Below, piece by piece: positions 55,138 through 64,000 of a DNA stretch of 64,000 nt (position 1 is its first letter; each line of letters begins with the position of its first letter). The stretch covers positions 19,823 to 83,822 of the forward strand of contig LNDT01000013.1 in the NCBI GenBank assembly GCA_001464715.1, given 5' to 3'. The notes below the pieces were generated by a model. That model did not search any database. It was not told the DNA's origin and saw only the letters and a program-made list of their open reading frames with translations. The position numbers and the translations under genes were made by a program. The DNA is from Bdellovibrionales bacterium Ga0074137. GTDB taxonomy: Bacteria; Bdellovibrionota; Bdellovibrionia; Bdellovibrionales; JAMPXM01.

Positions 55138-56270
55138 CCGCCACCCAAAAGTTGTGACTCCCGATAAAACACGGCGGCTTGCCCTGGGGTCACGGATCTC
55201 ACCGGTTCTTCGAATTCGATCTCAAGTTCATCCGAAGATTTGCGATGCACTCGAGCGAACGCACCTTTATGAGCATATCGAATTTTTACTTTAAGCCGCT
55301 CACCATCTTCGATCTCACCAAGAAACCGTGCATCTTTCACAGTCACATTTGTTGAGAAAAGGCAGGACTCTTCTCCAACCCAAACATCTCGTGTCACAGG
55401 GTCGATTTTAAAGACAAAAAGCGGACTCTCGGTTTCAGTGCGGTCCGCGCGAGTCGCAAGACCAAGACCTTTGCGCTGGCCATAGGTAAATCCGTGGATC
55501 CCATCGTGACGAGCCAAGACCTCTCCTGAAGGGTGAAGTCGAATGTTACCTGCGAGAAGTTTTTCTCGGCCAACCTGACTTTCGATGAAGTTCGTATATC
55601 CTTGGGTGCCGACAAAACAAATTCCGGTGGAGTCCTTTTTCCTTGCAATCAAAAGACCTTTTTCTTCTGCGATATTTCGAACTTCGGATTTGTTGAGGTG
55701 TCCGATCGGAAACATAAGTCGAGGCACAACCGATGGATCAATCGTGAACAAAAAGTAAGTCTGATCCTTCCAGCTATCGTCGCTGGTGACAATCATCGGA
55801 CGACCATCTTTTCCAGGTTCAATTTTCGCGTAATGACCGGTCGCTAAAAAATCACAGTCGAGCTCTTTCATCCTTGTGACCAGATGATCGAACTTCAGAA
55901 ACGTGTTGCAGTTGACACAGGGAAGTGGCGTTTTTCCCTCGAGGTAGCCGGCGACAAATGGGTCTATGACAGTCGCTTTAAACTTCGCTTCACAGTTAGC
56001 AACGTAGAAAGGAAAACCAAATCGGTCGGCCACCGCACGCGCGTCGTCCACATCAAGACTTGAGCAGCATGTGCCGTTTCCTTCAACGATGTCACACGAC
56101 GTGTAGTCCCAGACCTGCATCGTGACGCCGACGACATCAAATCCCTGCTCGACCAAAAGTGCAGCGGCCACCGACGAGTCGACGCCGCCACTCATTGCGA
56201 CAAGAACACGGCGCCGACGGCCATCGGGACCTACGGGGCTTCTATCGACAAAATCAGAAAATTCATTCAT
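55125..56270 (-). CDS. mnmA: tRNA 2-thiouridine(34) synthase
   Basis: ATG 56270 gives MNEFSDF... It has the PP-loop VLVAMSGGVDSSVAA. The start shares one base with the upstream stop (TGATG). Confidence 0.9.
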   Translation of the reverse strand: MNEFSDFVDRSPVGPDGRRRRVLVAMSGGVDSSVAAALLVEQGFDVVGVTMQVWDYTSCDIVEGNGTCCSSLDVDDARAVADRFGFPFYVANCEAKFKATVIDPFVAGYLEGKTPLPCVNCNTFLKFDHLVTRMKELDCDFLATGHYAKIEPGKDGRPMIVTSDDSWKDQTYFLFTIDPSVVPRLMFPIGHLNKSEVRNIAEEKGLLIARKKDSTGICFVGTQGYTNFIESQVGREKLLAGNIRLHPSGEVLARHDGIHGFTYGQRKGLGLATRADRTETESPLFVFKIDPVTRDVWVGEESCLFSTNVTVKDARFLGEIEDGERLKVKIRYAHKGAFARVHRKSSDELEIEFEEPVRSVTPGQAAVFYRESQLLGGGWIP

Positions 56271-57550
56271 CACGAGACCTGCTCTTCTGTCGGACTTGGG
56301 TGCCAATTGCGAAGTCCGCGGAGCCTTGTCACAACGCGCTTCAAAGTCTCAATGAAGAGTTCAATCTCTTCCCGCGTTGTCGACCAACCAAGACCGACAC
56401 GAAGTGAACATTGGGCTTCTTCGCGCGTCAGACCCATCGCAAGGAGAACCGGTGATGGCTCGGGACTTCCCGAGCTACATGCGGCTCCCGTCGATACTGA
56501 AAATCCGTCCATGTCGAGACTCATTAGCAATGTTTCACCGTCGGTTCCCGGAAGAAGCAAACTCGACGTCGATGCCACGCGCGGACTTTCCAAACACGTG
56601 ATCGAAGCTTCGGGAATTTCCAAAAGAACGCGCGACTCAAAATAGTTGCGAAGCTCACGTATTGTCTCGGCTCGTCCTTCGACTTCATCGGATCGCGAAC
56701 ACATAAATCCCAGCGAAGCGATGCTCAAAATATTTTCGGTCCCACCGCGACGATGGCGCTCTTGGCCTCCACCATAAACAAGCGGGTCGAGTGGGGCTCC
56801 ACGTGCGGAGTACAAAACACCCGCTCCACGAAGCGCATAGAATTTGTGACCAGCGAACGACGCATAGTCCACCCCAAGTTCCTTCACATCAACTTTGATT
56901 TTTCCCAGCGCTTGAACGGCGTCCGTGTGGACAAGAGCACCGACGGTTTTCGCAGCACGTGTGATTTCTTTGATCGGCTGAATCACTCCGGTTTCGTTAT
57001 TGACGAGCATAAAACTAACTAGAACCGTTTCGTTAGGGCGTAGTCTCGCTTCGACGTCCTTTTCGTTCACGCGGCCAGATCTATCGACGGGCACAAGTTC
57101 GACGTCGTAACCTTCAAGCTTCAGAGCGTCGAAAGTTCGACGCAAACTTGGATGCTCAAGGGCCGACGAAAGAATGTGGCGCCTCGGATCACCTTTCTTT
57201 TGAAGCGCCGACAGCGCACCACGAACCGCCATCGTGTTCGACTCGGAACCACAGGATGTAAAAATAGTTTCGAGCGAACTTGCTCCGATCATTTTTGAAA
57301 CTGAATCGCGAGCTTCGCGAAGACGCGTCTTTGGACCACGGCCGTGCTGATGAATGGAGCTTGGGTTACCCCAATCCAGGGCCCATGACGAAAGCTTCGT
57401 CAAAACGGCCGAATCGGGCGGCGTCGTCGCATTGTGATCCAAGTAAACACGGTCCGACGTTCGGCCAAGCGCTGTCCGAGCTTGATCCAGTGCTTGGTCT
57501 GAAGCCGGGGAATTCAGGGATTGTTTGGAACTTCGCGTTAGAGTCGTCAT
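56270..57550 (-). CDS. cysteine desulfurase (class V aminotransferase, NifS/IscS-like)
   Basis: It has the PLP-Lys region SFAGHKF and the catalytic Cys loop STGAACSSG. The preferred start is ATG 57550 (MTTLTRSS). Confidence 0.85.
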   Translation of the reverse strand: MTTLTRSSKQSLNSPASDQALDQARTALGRTSDRVYLDHNATTPPDSAVLTKLSSWALDWGNPSSIHQHGRGPKTRLREARDSVSKMIGASSLETIFTSCGSESNTMAVRGALSALQKKGDPRRHILSSALEHPSLRRTFDALKLEGYDVELVPVDRSGRVNEKDVEARLRPNETVLVSFMLVNNETGVIQPIKEITRAAKTVGALVHTDAVQALGKIKVDVKELGVDYASFAGHKFYALRGAGVLYSARGAPLDPLVYGGGQERHRRGGTENILSIASLGFMCSRSDEVEGRAETIRELRNYFESRVLLEIPEASITCLESPRVASTSSLLLPGTDGETLLMSLDMDGFSVSTGAACSSGSPEPSPVLLAMGLTREEAQCSLRVGLGWSTTREEIELFIETLKRVVTRLRGLRNWHPSPTEEQVS

Positions 57551-57641
57551 GATCGGTCGCAAAGTAGCACAATCTGGGTGGTTTTCTCAAAGTAAACGAG
57601 CCCAAATAAGCCGATTGATCAGGTCGGCCCAAACGCCTCAA

Positions 57642-59621
57642 ATGGCCCCTCTTCGAGACTCGACCAAAGATGGTCCAGTTCAGACCAGATTCCTCAATGG
57701 GAACGGCAAGTTGGCCGATAAATTGGACATGGTACCTGCCCCCTCATGGCGCGATCAGTTCAAGATCGACGATAAAATTTTGAAGAGTTTTTGGGGCGAC
57801 TTCTCCCAAAGCTCTCCAATTCGCGCTTCGGAACTCACCGAAGCCGGTGCCGCTTCATCGACCGAGTTCGTTTTGTGGTGCATTCGCGAAGGTCATTTCT
57901 CAGAGGAAGCGTTTCTCCGCTACCAGTCAAAAGCCTGCGATATTCCCGTGGTCAGCGGCTCATTTTTCGAAGCACCGATCGACCATGACTTCTGGAATCG
58001 TGTCCGAGATCTTCATCCATGGACGAGCGACTGCCTTCCTCTAACAGAGTGGGATGGAATTCTTTTGGTCGCCTCCGTGTGGCCGACACAAACTTTTAAA
58101 GCATCACTTCACCACCGACTTGTGCTTGCAACTCCGACGCAGCTTCGTGAATTTCACAAACTACTTCAGAGTAAATCCACGGCGACCGTGCCAGCGACTC
58201 CGAATGTGCCAGCCACGCCGGCTGAGCCTAGAGAGCCGGCCGTACCAGCGGCGCCGGCTGAGTCGGCCGCGTTGGAAGTTTCTTCTGAAGCTGACAACGG
58301 CGATCCGTTCGCAAGTCTAAGTCGATCTTTGGGTCTGAGTGAATCCAGCGAAGATTCACCCGCGCACTCCGAGGGCGAGGCCGCGTCCGAAGAAGCTCCC
58401 GAAGGACTCATAATCCCGGAAGGTCTCTCGTTTAGTTCGGAAGAAATCTCACGCCTCGATCTGAACCAAGAGCCCGCGGCTGAATTGTCTTTAGAACCAG
58501 AACCGGACTCGGCGCCAAAACCGGAACCGGTGCCAGAGCCTATCGTTCTAGCTCCGCCGAAAAGTGCGGAACCAAAAGTGGCACCCAAAGCTGAAACAAA
58601 ATCTCCGCCACCACCTCCGCCACCTGTCATGCCGTTCTCGCCAGTCGTAACGCCCGATGCACCGGCCATGGTAAAACCTGTCGCTCCGAAAGCGCCACCA
58701 CCACCTCCGCCGGTCAATTTTTCCCTAGAGAAAAACACGCCTGTGGGTCAGCAGGTCGCGCCCACGAAACCACCAGCAGAAGCGACAGTTGTTGTTTCTG
58801 CTGACGACGTGATTGATCACGCGGGCGACGCCCCAAATGTACCTTCGACTTCTCCTGAAGCGACTGCGGAGACGCCAAAGGTACGGCGCCCTCTTTTTGA
58901 ACCAAGCTCCAGTGAGAAGCCGGCATCTCCCGCCACAAAGTCTGTTTCGGGCGGAGCGGCCGCACCACCTCCAAGTGTGACGCAAACTGGAACTGCAACA
59001 CGAGCGCGGCGTTTAGAATCAACACCGCTCACAAGCTTTTTTGGTCCGGGCGGACTGTCTCCAAATCCTGTGAACGCAAAATCCGCCGTGCGCTCGGCAC
59101 CAGCTTCTCCGAAATACTCAAACCACGTCATTTCGCTTGGAAAAATTGAACCGGTTCACCTCGATCAGTGCACCACTGTCGATGAAGCCGGCGCTCAGGC
59201 ACTTCTTCAAGTTTGCAATATTTTTGAAACCGGAATGATTCTCTTATTTAAAGACGGCACACTTCAGCCCTGGAAGTGGACAGACTTACTACTGTCAGTA
59301 AAAGGCGATAGTCCCGATGACATCGATCTTCGTGAACCCAGCATCTTCAAAGTCGTCTTCAGAACCGCAAAACCCTACCACGGCTATGTTGTTACGAGCA
59401 CAGTGAACCAAAAATTCTTCAACGAATTCAATCGTGGTCTTCTGCCAAAGCACGCGACCGCTATTCCAATTATGATCGATGGTCGAATGGGCGGAATGAT
59501 CTTGGGAATTACAAACGCGAAAATCGATTACCGACAAAGCCTAAGGCTCATGGAGCGACTTGGATTTGATCTGGCGCGTGTCTTCAAAATGCTCCGCGGA
59601 TCGGTCGCTAAAGCCAGCTAA
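57642..59621 (+). CDS. hypothetical three-part protein: GspE/MshE-N-like N-terminus, long Pro-rich linker, GAF-like C-terminus
   Basis: The ATG 57642 start is tentative. The N-terminal region (EEAFLRYQSKACDIPVV...DCLPLTEWDGILLVASVWP) resembles T2SSE_N-type domains. About 300 aa are P/A/E/S-rich. The C-terminal ~150 aa are globular. Domain calls are made by eye only. Confidence 0.45.
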   Translation: MAPLRDSTKDGPVQTRFLNGNGKLADKLDMVPAPSWRDQFKIDDKILKSFWGDFSQSSPIRASELTEAGAASSTEFVLWCIREGHFSEEAFLRYQSKACDIPVVSGSFFEAPIDHDFWNRVRDLHPWTSDCLPLTEWDGILLVASVWPTQTFKASLHHRLVLATPTQLREFHKLLQSKSTATVPATPNVPATPAEPREPAVPAAPAESAALEVSSEADNGDPFASLSRSLGLSESSEDSPAHSEGEAASEEAPEGLIIPEGLSFSSEEISRLDLNQEPAAELSLEPEPDSAPKPEPVPEPIVLAPPKSAEPKVAPKAETKSPPPPPPPVMPFSPVVTPDAPAMVKPVAPKAPPPPPPVNFSLEKNTPVGQQVAPTKPPAEATVVVSADDVIDHAGDAPNVPSTSPEATAETPKVRRPLFEPSSSEKPASPATKSVSGGAAAPPPSVTQTGTATRARRLESTPLTSFFGPGGLSPNPVNAKSAVRSAPASPKYSNHVISLGKIEPVHLDQCTTVDEAGAQALLQVCNIFETGMILLFKDGTLQPWKWTDLLLSVKGDSPDDIDLREPSIFKVVFRTAKPYHGYVVTSTVNQKFFNEFNRGLLPKHATAIPIMIDGRMGGMILGITNAKIDYRQSLRLMERLGFDLARVFKMLRGSVAKAS

Positions 59622-59626
59622 AGACT

Positions 59627-60103
59627 TTAAGAGCGAAGACTCTTATAGCTCGCCCGCCACTCTGGCGGACCAGAAAACTCAAAAGTCCAAACACGAAACT
59701 TCTTCGTCCAATCGGCCGTTTCGCCACCGACCCCAAATTGCTCAAGACGAGACGCCCATTCAATCATAACAAAACGTCGTTCGGGTTCGCCCGACTCTAA
59801 AAAAATGTCATTCACGATGTCCCAAAATCCAATGGACTCAAGATCGTCGGCGGATTCAAGTCGGTCGAGATCAAAATGGTCAATCGTTCCACGAATACCT
59901 TCGTACCGGGTGTGGAGGGCGAATGAAGGAGACGCGGCATCGCTGGCCCCAAGTACATCAGCGACTTTTGAAACAAAAGCTGTTTTACCTGATCCCATCG
60001 GTCCTTTAAGAAAAATGAGCTTAGGCTTTTCGAAAAAAAGCTCGGGTGCCGCCCACTCCAGCGCGAAATTTGAAAGCTGAGCCAACGTCTTTAATTCCAA
60101 CAT
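59627..60103 (-). CDS. tsaE: tRNA t6A37 biosynthesis ATPase TsaE (YjeE)
   Basis: ATG 60103 lies 5 nt after the glmM stop. It has the P-loop GPMGSGKTAFV and the HFDLDRL block. The track ORF extension to 60361 overlaps glmM and is rejected. Confidence 0.8.
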   Translation of the reverse strand: MLELKTLAQLSNFALEWAAPELFFEKPKLIFLKGPMGSGKTAFVSKVADVLGASDAASPSFALHTRYEGIRGTIDHFDLDRLESADDLESIGFWDIVNDIFLESGEPERRFVMIEWASRLEQFGVGGETADWTKKFRVWTFEFSGPPEWRASYKSLRS

Positions 60104-60107
60104 GGAA

Positions 60108-61538
60108 TTAGGAAAGTTCTTTTTCAAGAAGGCCCGCAATTTCTTCCGCAAATCGCGAGATCTCTTGTCGGTTCGGCCCTTCGACAAGAACCCGAATGAC
60201 GGGCTCCGTTCCCGAGAAACGTACGAACACGCGTCCCTCTCCGCGAAGCTTTTTTTCAACATCGGCGACAAGCTCTTTGTAACCTTTGATATTCGAAAGT
60301 TCTTCGCGTCGGCGAACGCGTGTATTGATAAGAACCTGCGGCATATCGACCATTTTTTCATTGAGTGAAGAGAGAGTTTCTCCGGTCGATTTCATCACAG
60401 CCAAAACATTCAAACCCGCAATCACTCCATCACCGGTCGTCGAATGCTCTAAGAAAATAATGTGGCCAGACTGTTCGCCCCCCAAGAGGTACCCGTTTTT
60501 TCGCATTTCTTCGACGACGTGTTTGTCACCAACGTCAGTGCGAATGACATTAATTCCGCTCTCGCGCAAAAGTTTATCCAGTCCGAAATTCGACATCTGT
60601 GTCGCAACCACAGTGTTTTTCGGAAGTCGCCCCTGCTTTTTCATATGGACGGCGCAAATCGCAAGAATGTGGTCTCCATTCACCACATGACCTTTGTCAT
60701 CGACCATCACGATTCGATCGGCATCCCCGTCAAACGCAATACCGACATCCGCGCGATATTGCTGAACGGCCTCAGCCACCCGAGCTGGGTACAGAGCACC
60801 CGCTTTGTCGTTGATGTTAAAACCGTTCGGTTGATTTCCAAGGACAATGCACTCAGCACCAAGCTCTCCAAAAATAGCAGGCGCTACTTTGTAGCTCGCA
60901 CCATTCGCGCAATCGAGAACAATGCGAAGACCATCCAGGGTGTACTCTAACGGAAATGCATTCTTCGCATAGACGATGTAGCGGCCGTCGGCATCTTCGA
61001 TCCGCTTCGATCGACCAATCTGCTGCGCCCCGGCCAACATTGAATTGAGATCCGACTCGAAAACCAAGTTCTCGATCTCGCGCTCCATCGAGTCCGGGAT
61101 CTTGTAACCGTCGGGACCAAATATTTTGATTCCGTTATCCATGTACGCATTGTGACTGGCTGAGATCACGATGCCAGCGTCCGCCCGCATGTTTCGAGTC
61201 AGAAATCCAATCCCCGGTGTCGGAAGCGGCCCCACCAGCTGAACGTGGACGCCCATCGAGTTCAATCCCGACGTCAGTGCCAGCTCCACCATGTAACCCG
61301 AAATACGAGTGTCTTTACCAATGACAACTTTTGGAACTGTGTTTCGCGTCGGCTGCCGGCGAAGAAGATGTCCCATCGCTTGGCCAACCTTCATAACAAT
61401 ATCCGGTGTCATCGGGAATTGATTGGCGGTGCCGCGAATTCCGTCGGTACCGAAAAGTCGTCGGGCCTTTCCGTCGTACTTTGTCGTTGGTTCGGATTTC
61501 AAAACTGGCGTCTTATTGTCGACAACTTTTTTGCTCAT
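60108..61538 (-). CDS. glmM: phosphoglucosamine mutase
   Basis: 476 aa with FGTDGIRG and the active-site Ser loop SASHNAYMDNGIK. Confidence 0.9.
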   Translation of the reverse strand: MSKKVVDNKTPVLKSEPTTKYDGKARRLFGTDGIRGTANQFPMTPDIVMKVGQAMGHLLRRQPTRNTVPKVVIGKDTRISGYMVELALTSGLNSMGVHVQLVGPLPTPGIGFLTRNMRADAGIVISASHNAYMDNGIKIFGPDGYKIPDSMEREIENLVFESDLNSMLAGAQQIGRSKRIEDADGRYIVYAKNAFPLEYTLDGLRIVLDCANGASYKVAPAIFGELGAECIVLGNQPNGFNINDKAGALYPARVAEAVQQYRADVGIAFDGDADRIVMVDDKGHVVNGDHILAICAVHMKKQGRLPKNTVVATQMSNFGLDKLLRESGINVIRTDVGDKHVVEEMRKNGYLLGGEQSGHIIFLEHSTTGDGVIAGLNVLAVMKSTGETLSSLNEKMVDMPQVLINTRVRRREELSNIKGYKELVADVEKKLRGEGRVFVRFSGTEPVIRVLVEGPNRQEISRFAEEIAGLLEKELS

Positions 61539-62056
61539 TTTTTTTCGACACCTTTTTCAATCTTCTTTGCTGGGACCTTTTCAGAGGTCTTTTCTATTCT
61601 TTTCTCGATCGCGTCGGTCTCTAACGGCTCACTCGGAACGGCGGTGGCTCTTGCGGGACTCAAAACAACATCCAGTGTTGGGGGGTCGACAGATACGACC
61701 TTAACACCGAAGGGCACTTCAATACTCTTGGTCTGAATGACACTTTTTATGCGAGTTTTCGGAGCTGTGACTTCTGATTTCGTTAAATCAAAAGTGATGG
61801 AGCCAGGGCTCTGCGCAAACTTTTTAAGCGCGGTTCTCGGACCAGAAACTTTGACCGACACTTTTCGCTCACCTTGCTTTGACTCAATTTGCGTGGCCTT
61901 CGGCAATAGAAATTCGACATCCATATCCTTTGTCAGCATGAAGTCGCGGCGACCCAAGATCGTCACCCAAAGAATCAAAGTTACAAATAAAGAAACGAGC
62001 TTGTAGCTTCCGTTATCAAAAATCCAATCTTTCCAACCCGACGTTCTTTTCATCAT
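61535..62056 (-). CDS. cdaR: YbbR-domain protein (CdaA regulator CdaR-like)
   Basis: 173 aa with an N-terminal TM helix and a YbbR-like repeat, located between cdaA and glmM as in the conserved cdaA-cdaR-glmM operon. Confidence 0.65.
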   Translation of the reverse strand: MMKRTSGWKDWIFDNGSYKLVSLFVTLILWVTILGRRDFMLTKDMDVEFLLPKATQIESKQGERKVSVKVSGPRTALKKFAQSPGSITFDLTKSEVTAPKTRIKSVIQTKSIEVPFGVKVVSVDPPTLDVVLSPARATAVPSEPLETDAIEKRIEKTSEKVPAKKIEKGVEKK

Positions 62057-62853
62057 GCAGGATTCACCTGGGGGCGATAGCGGAGCCCCAATGCTTCATA
62101 GAGCCTGCGGCGCAGAGCCGCGTGATCCAAGTCGTGCATCAACTGGCCACTCTCGACGACGCCCACACGATTGCTCTCTTCGCTGACGACGATAACGATC
62201 GCATCTGTTTCTTCGGTGAGTCCGATCGCAGCCCGGTGGCGTGTCCCAAGGTTTTTATCCAAAGCTGGGTTTTTTGAAAGCGGAAGAAAGCATCCCGCCG
62301 CAAAAAGACGACCGTTTCGAACAATCACCGCGCCGTCATGAAGCGGCGACGTTGGAAGAAAAACTGAAAATAAAATTTCAGAACTGATCGATGCGTCCAT
62401 CTCGGTTCCGACTTCAATAAAGTACTCGAGGTTAATCTCTTTTTCGATAACGATCAGAGCGCCCATGTGTTTCTGTGCAAGGCCCACAGCGCCCTTTGAG
62501 ATCTCCTCAACAATGTGGGTTTCTTCTACATGCGAGGCGCCCGTGAAAAATGGATTGGATCCAATGTGCGCCAGCGCGCGACGAATTTCACCTTGAAACA
62601 AAATCACGACGATCAAAAAGAGGTTGTTGAAGAACTTTTCTAAAATCCAATTGAAAGTAAAAAGCTCAAGCCAAATGCTTCCCAAGTAAGCGATCGCAAG
62701 GATACCCAGGCCCGAAAGCATCTGGACAGTCCCCGTGTGACGAATCAAAACTAGGACGCGGTAAACAACCACCCAAACAAGAGCCATATCGAGCAGATCG
62801 CGAACGCGAAGCTGCCCGAAAATGAACTGCAAATTATCCCAGATTGATTCCAC
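62053..62853 (-). CDS. cdaA: diadenylate cyclase (DisA_N / DAC domain), membrane-anchored
   Basis: 266 aa with three N-terminal TM helices and DAC motifs (HDGAVIV, GTRHRAA). Confidence 0.85.
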   Translation of the reverse strand: MESIWDNLQFIFGQLRVRDLLDMALVWVVVYRVLVLIRHTGTVQMLSGLGILAIAYLGSIWLELFTFNWILEKFFNNLFLIVVILFQGEIRRALAHIGSNPFFTGASHVEETHIVEEISKGAVGLAQKHMGALIVIEKEINLEYFIEVGTEMDASISSEILFSVFLPTSPLHDGAVIVRNGRLFAAGCFLPLSKNPALDKNLGTRHRAAIGLTEETDAIVIVVSEESNRVGVVESGQLMHDLDHAALRRRLYEALGLRYRPQVNPA

Positions 62854-62868
62854 TTAAGACCTACCGAC

Positions 62869-64000
62869 TCACGCTGGGGCCGGCTTACTGAAAGGGTTCG
62901 GCGTGTCGCTGGCGAGCTCCGCTTCCTCTTTCTCTTCTTTGTCTTTCATCTCTTTGGCTGCGAGATCGAGTTCGACTTTGAGGCCCGCACCTTTGTCGCT
63001 GCGGTCGCGCTTAAGATCTTCCCACGTTGAACCTTTGATCAGGCGATCGACTTCCGCGCCATCGATAGTCTCGAGTTCTAAAAGCGCCTGCGCCATGCGC
63101 TCAAGGGCACCCGCATTGTCGCGCAAAATTTGTTTCGCCTTCTCGTAGCCGTTATTGACGATGCGGTAAACCTCGCGGTCGATCTCTTCCGCCTTCGCGT
63201 CCGAGTACTCCCGCTGGCTTCCCTGCTGCATTCCTAAGAACACAGGGCCTTCGCGCTTTTCGTAAGCCAAGGGACCCAAATTCGACATCCCCCACTCGGT
63301 CACCATGCGGCGAGCCATCTCGGTCGCACGTTCAATATCGTTACCTGCGCCCGTTGTGTAATCGGTGAAAATCAATTCTTCCGCGGCACGTCCGCCAAAC
63401 AAAACTGCAATTTCGCTTTCGGCCTGAGATTTTGAGAAACTCAACCGATCTTTTTCAGGAAGCATCATCGTGAGGCCCAGGGCCATTCCGCGAGGGATGA
63501 TTGTCACTTTGTGAATCGGATCTGTTTTTGGAACCATACGATTCACCAGTGCGTGGCCCGCTTCGTGGTACGCGGTATTCTTTTTCTCGTCGTCTGAAAT
63601 GACCATCGACTTTCGCTCGGCACCCATCATGACTTTGTCGCGTGCGAATTCGAAATCTTCCATCGTGAGCTTCGACTTGTTGAAGCGAGCCGCATTCAAT
63701 GCCGCCTCGTTCACAAGGTTCTCAAGGTCAGCTCCGGCAAACCCCGGCGTACCACGCGCCACGCGGTCAAGATCGACGTCGCTTGCCATTGGAGTCTTTC
63801 GTCCGTGCACATCAAGAATTTTTCTTCGACCAGCGACATCTGGTTTATTCACGACAACGCGACGATCGAATCGACCGGGACGAAGCAGCGCCGGATCAAG
63901 AACATCCGGACGGTTTGTCGCAGCGATCAAGATGACACCTTCACTCGATTCAAAACCATCCATCTCAACAAGCATCTGGTTCAGAGTTTGTTCACGTTCA
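62869..64000 (-). CDS. ftsH: ATP-dependent zinc metalloprotease FtsH, C-terminal part (gene continues past right edge)
   Basis: It has the zinc motif HEAGHAL in the M41 protease domain and the AAA second region of homology. The frame stays open upstream of the track's Met to the window end ([16 protein letters not shown]). Confidence 0.9.
   Translation of the reverse strand, partial: EREQTLNQMLVEMDGFESSEGVILIAATNRPDVLDPALLRPGRFDRRVVVNKPDVAGRRKILDVHGRKTPMASDVDLDRVARGTPGFAGADLENLVNEAALNAARFNKSKLTMEDFEFARDKVMMGAERKSMVISDDEKKNTAYHEAGHALVNRMVPKTDPIHKVTIIPRGMALGLTMMLPEKDRLSFSKSQAESEIAVLFGGRAAEELIFTDYTTGAGNDIERATEMARRMVTEWGMSNLGPLAYEKREGPVFLGMQQGSQREYSDAKAEEIDREVYRIVNNGYEKAKQILRDNAGALERMAQALLELETIDGAEVDRLIKGSTWEDLKRDRSDKGAGLKVELDLAAKEMKDKEEKEEAELASDTPNPFSKPAPA

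Overview
This is a gene-dense chromosomal window of roughly 50% GC with about 50 CDS. Most are on the minus strand, and many have overlapping or abutting start and stop codons. The content is almost entirely housekeeping:
- Acyl-CoA and short-chain acid metabolism: icmF, crotonase, hbd, fadI-fadJ, maeB, a hotdog thioesterase.
- hflX, glnD, mutS, a rhomboid protease and an S9 prolyl oligopeptidase.
- Murein recycling: mpl, ldcA and an AmpH-like serine hydrolase.
- A nearly complete purine operon: purM-purN-unknown-purB-purC-purS-purQ-purL-purF.
- An NSS transporter, then der-era-rnc-mtaB-mnmA-nifS/iscS-like.
- tsaE-glmM-cdaR-cdaA-ftsH.

I recognised no rRNA, tRNA, CRISPR array, prophage or classical IS. 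Gene content and organisation look Bdellovibrionota- or deltaproteobacteria-like, but this is inference only.

The main anomaly is a 13-nt word, GTGACCGTGGGTC. It occurs 13 times perfectly, plus one 12/13 copy, between 17.8 and 37.6 kb, and nowhere in the other 44 kb.
- Nine copies lie inside unrelated housekeeping ORFs.
- Copy density peaks at a triple direct array immediately upstream of a single-copy HUH/Y1 (IS200/RAYT-like) transposase-like gene, which itself carries an internal copy.
- Copy orientation flips at that locus.
- All sense-oriented intragenic copies use one reading frame (V-T-V-G).

I read this as a candidate REP/RAYT-like or protein-binding-site system that has colonised coding sequence. 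That is a hypothesis, not a demonstrated function.

Two perfect in-frame tandem repeats sit next to copies of the word: 24 bp x3.6 at the 5' end of mutS, and 9 bp x3 inside the Y1 gene. Secondary items are:
- a divergent RelA/SpoT-like protein
- an uncharacterised 476-aa ORF translationally coupled inside the pur operon
- a phased 11-bp triple repeat
- a possible frameshift at the end of a 916-aa TPR protein
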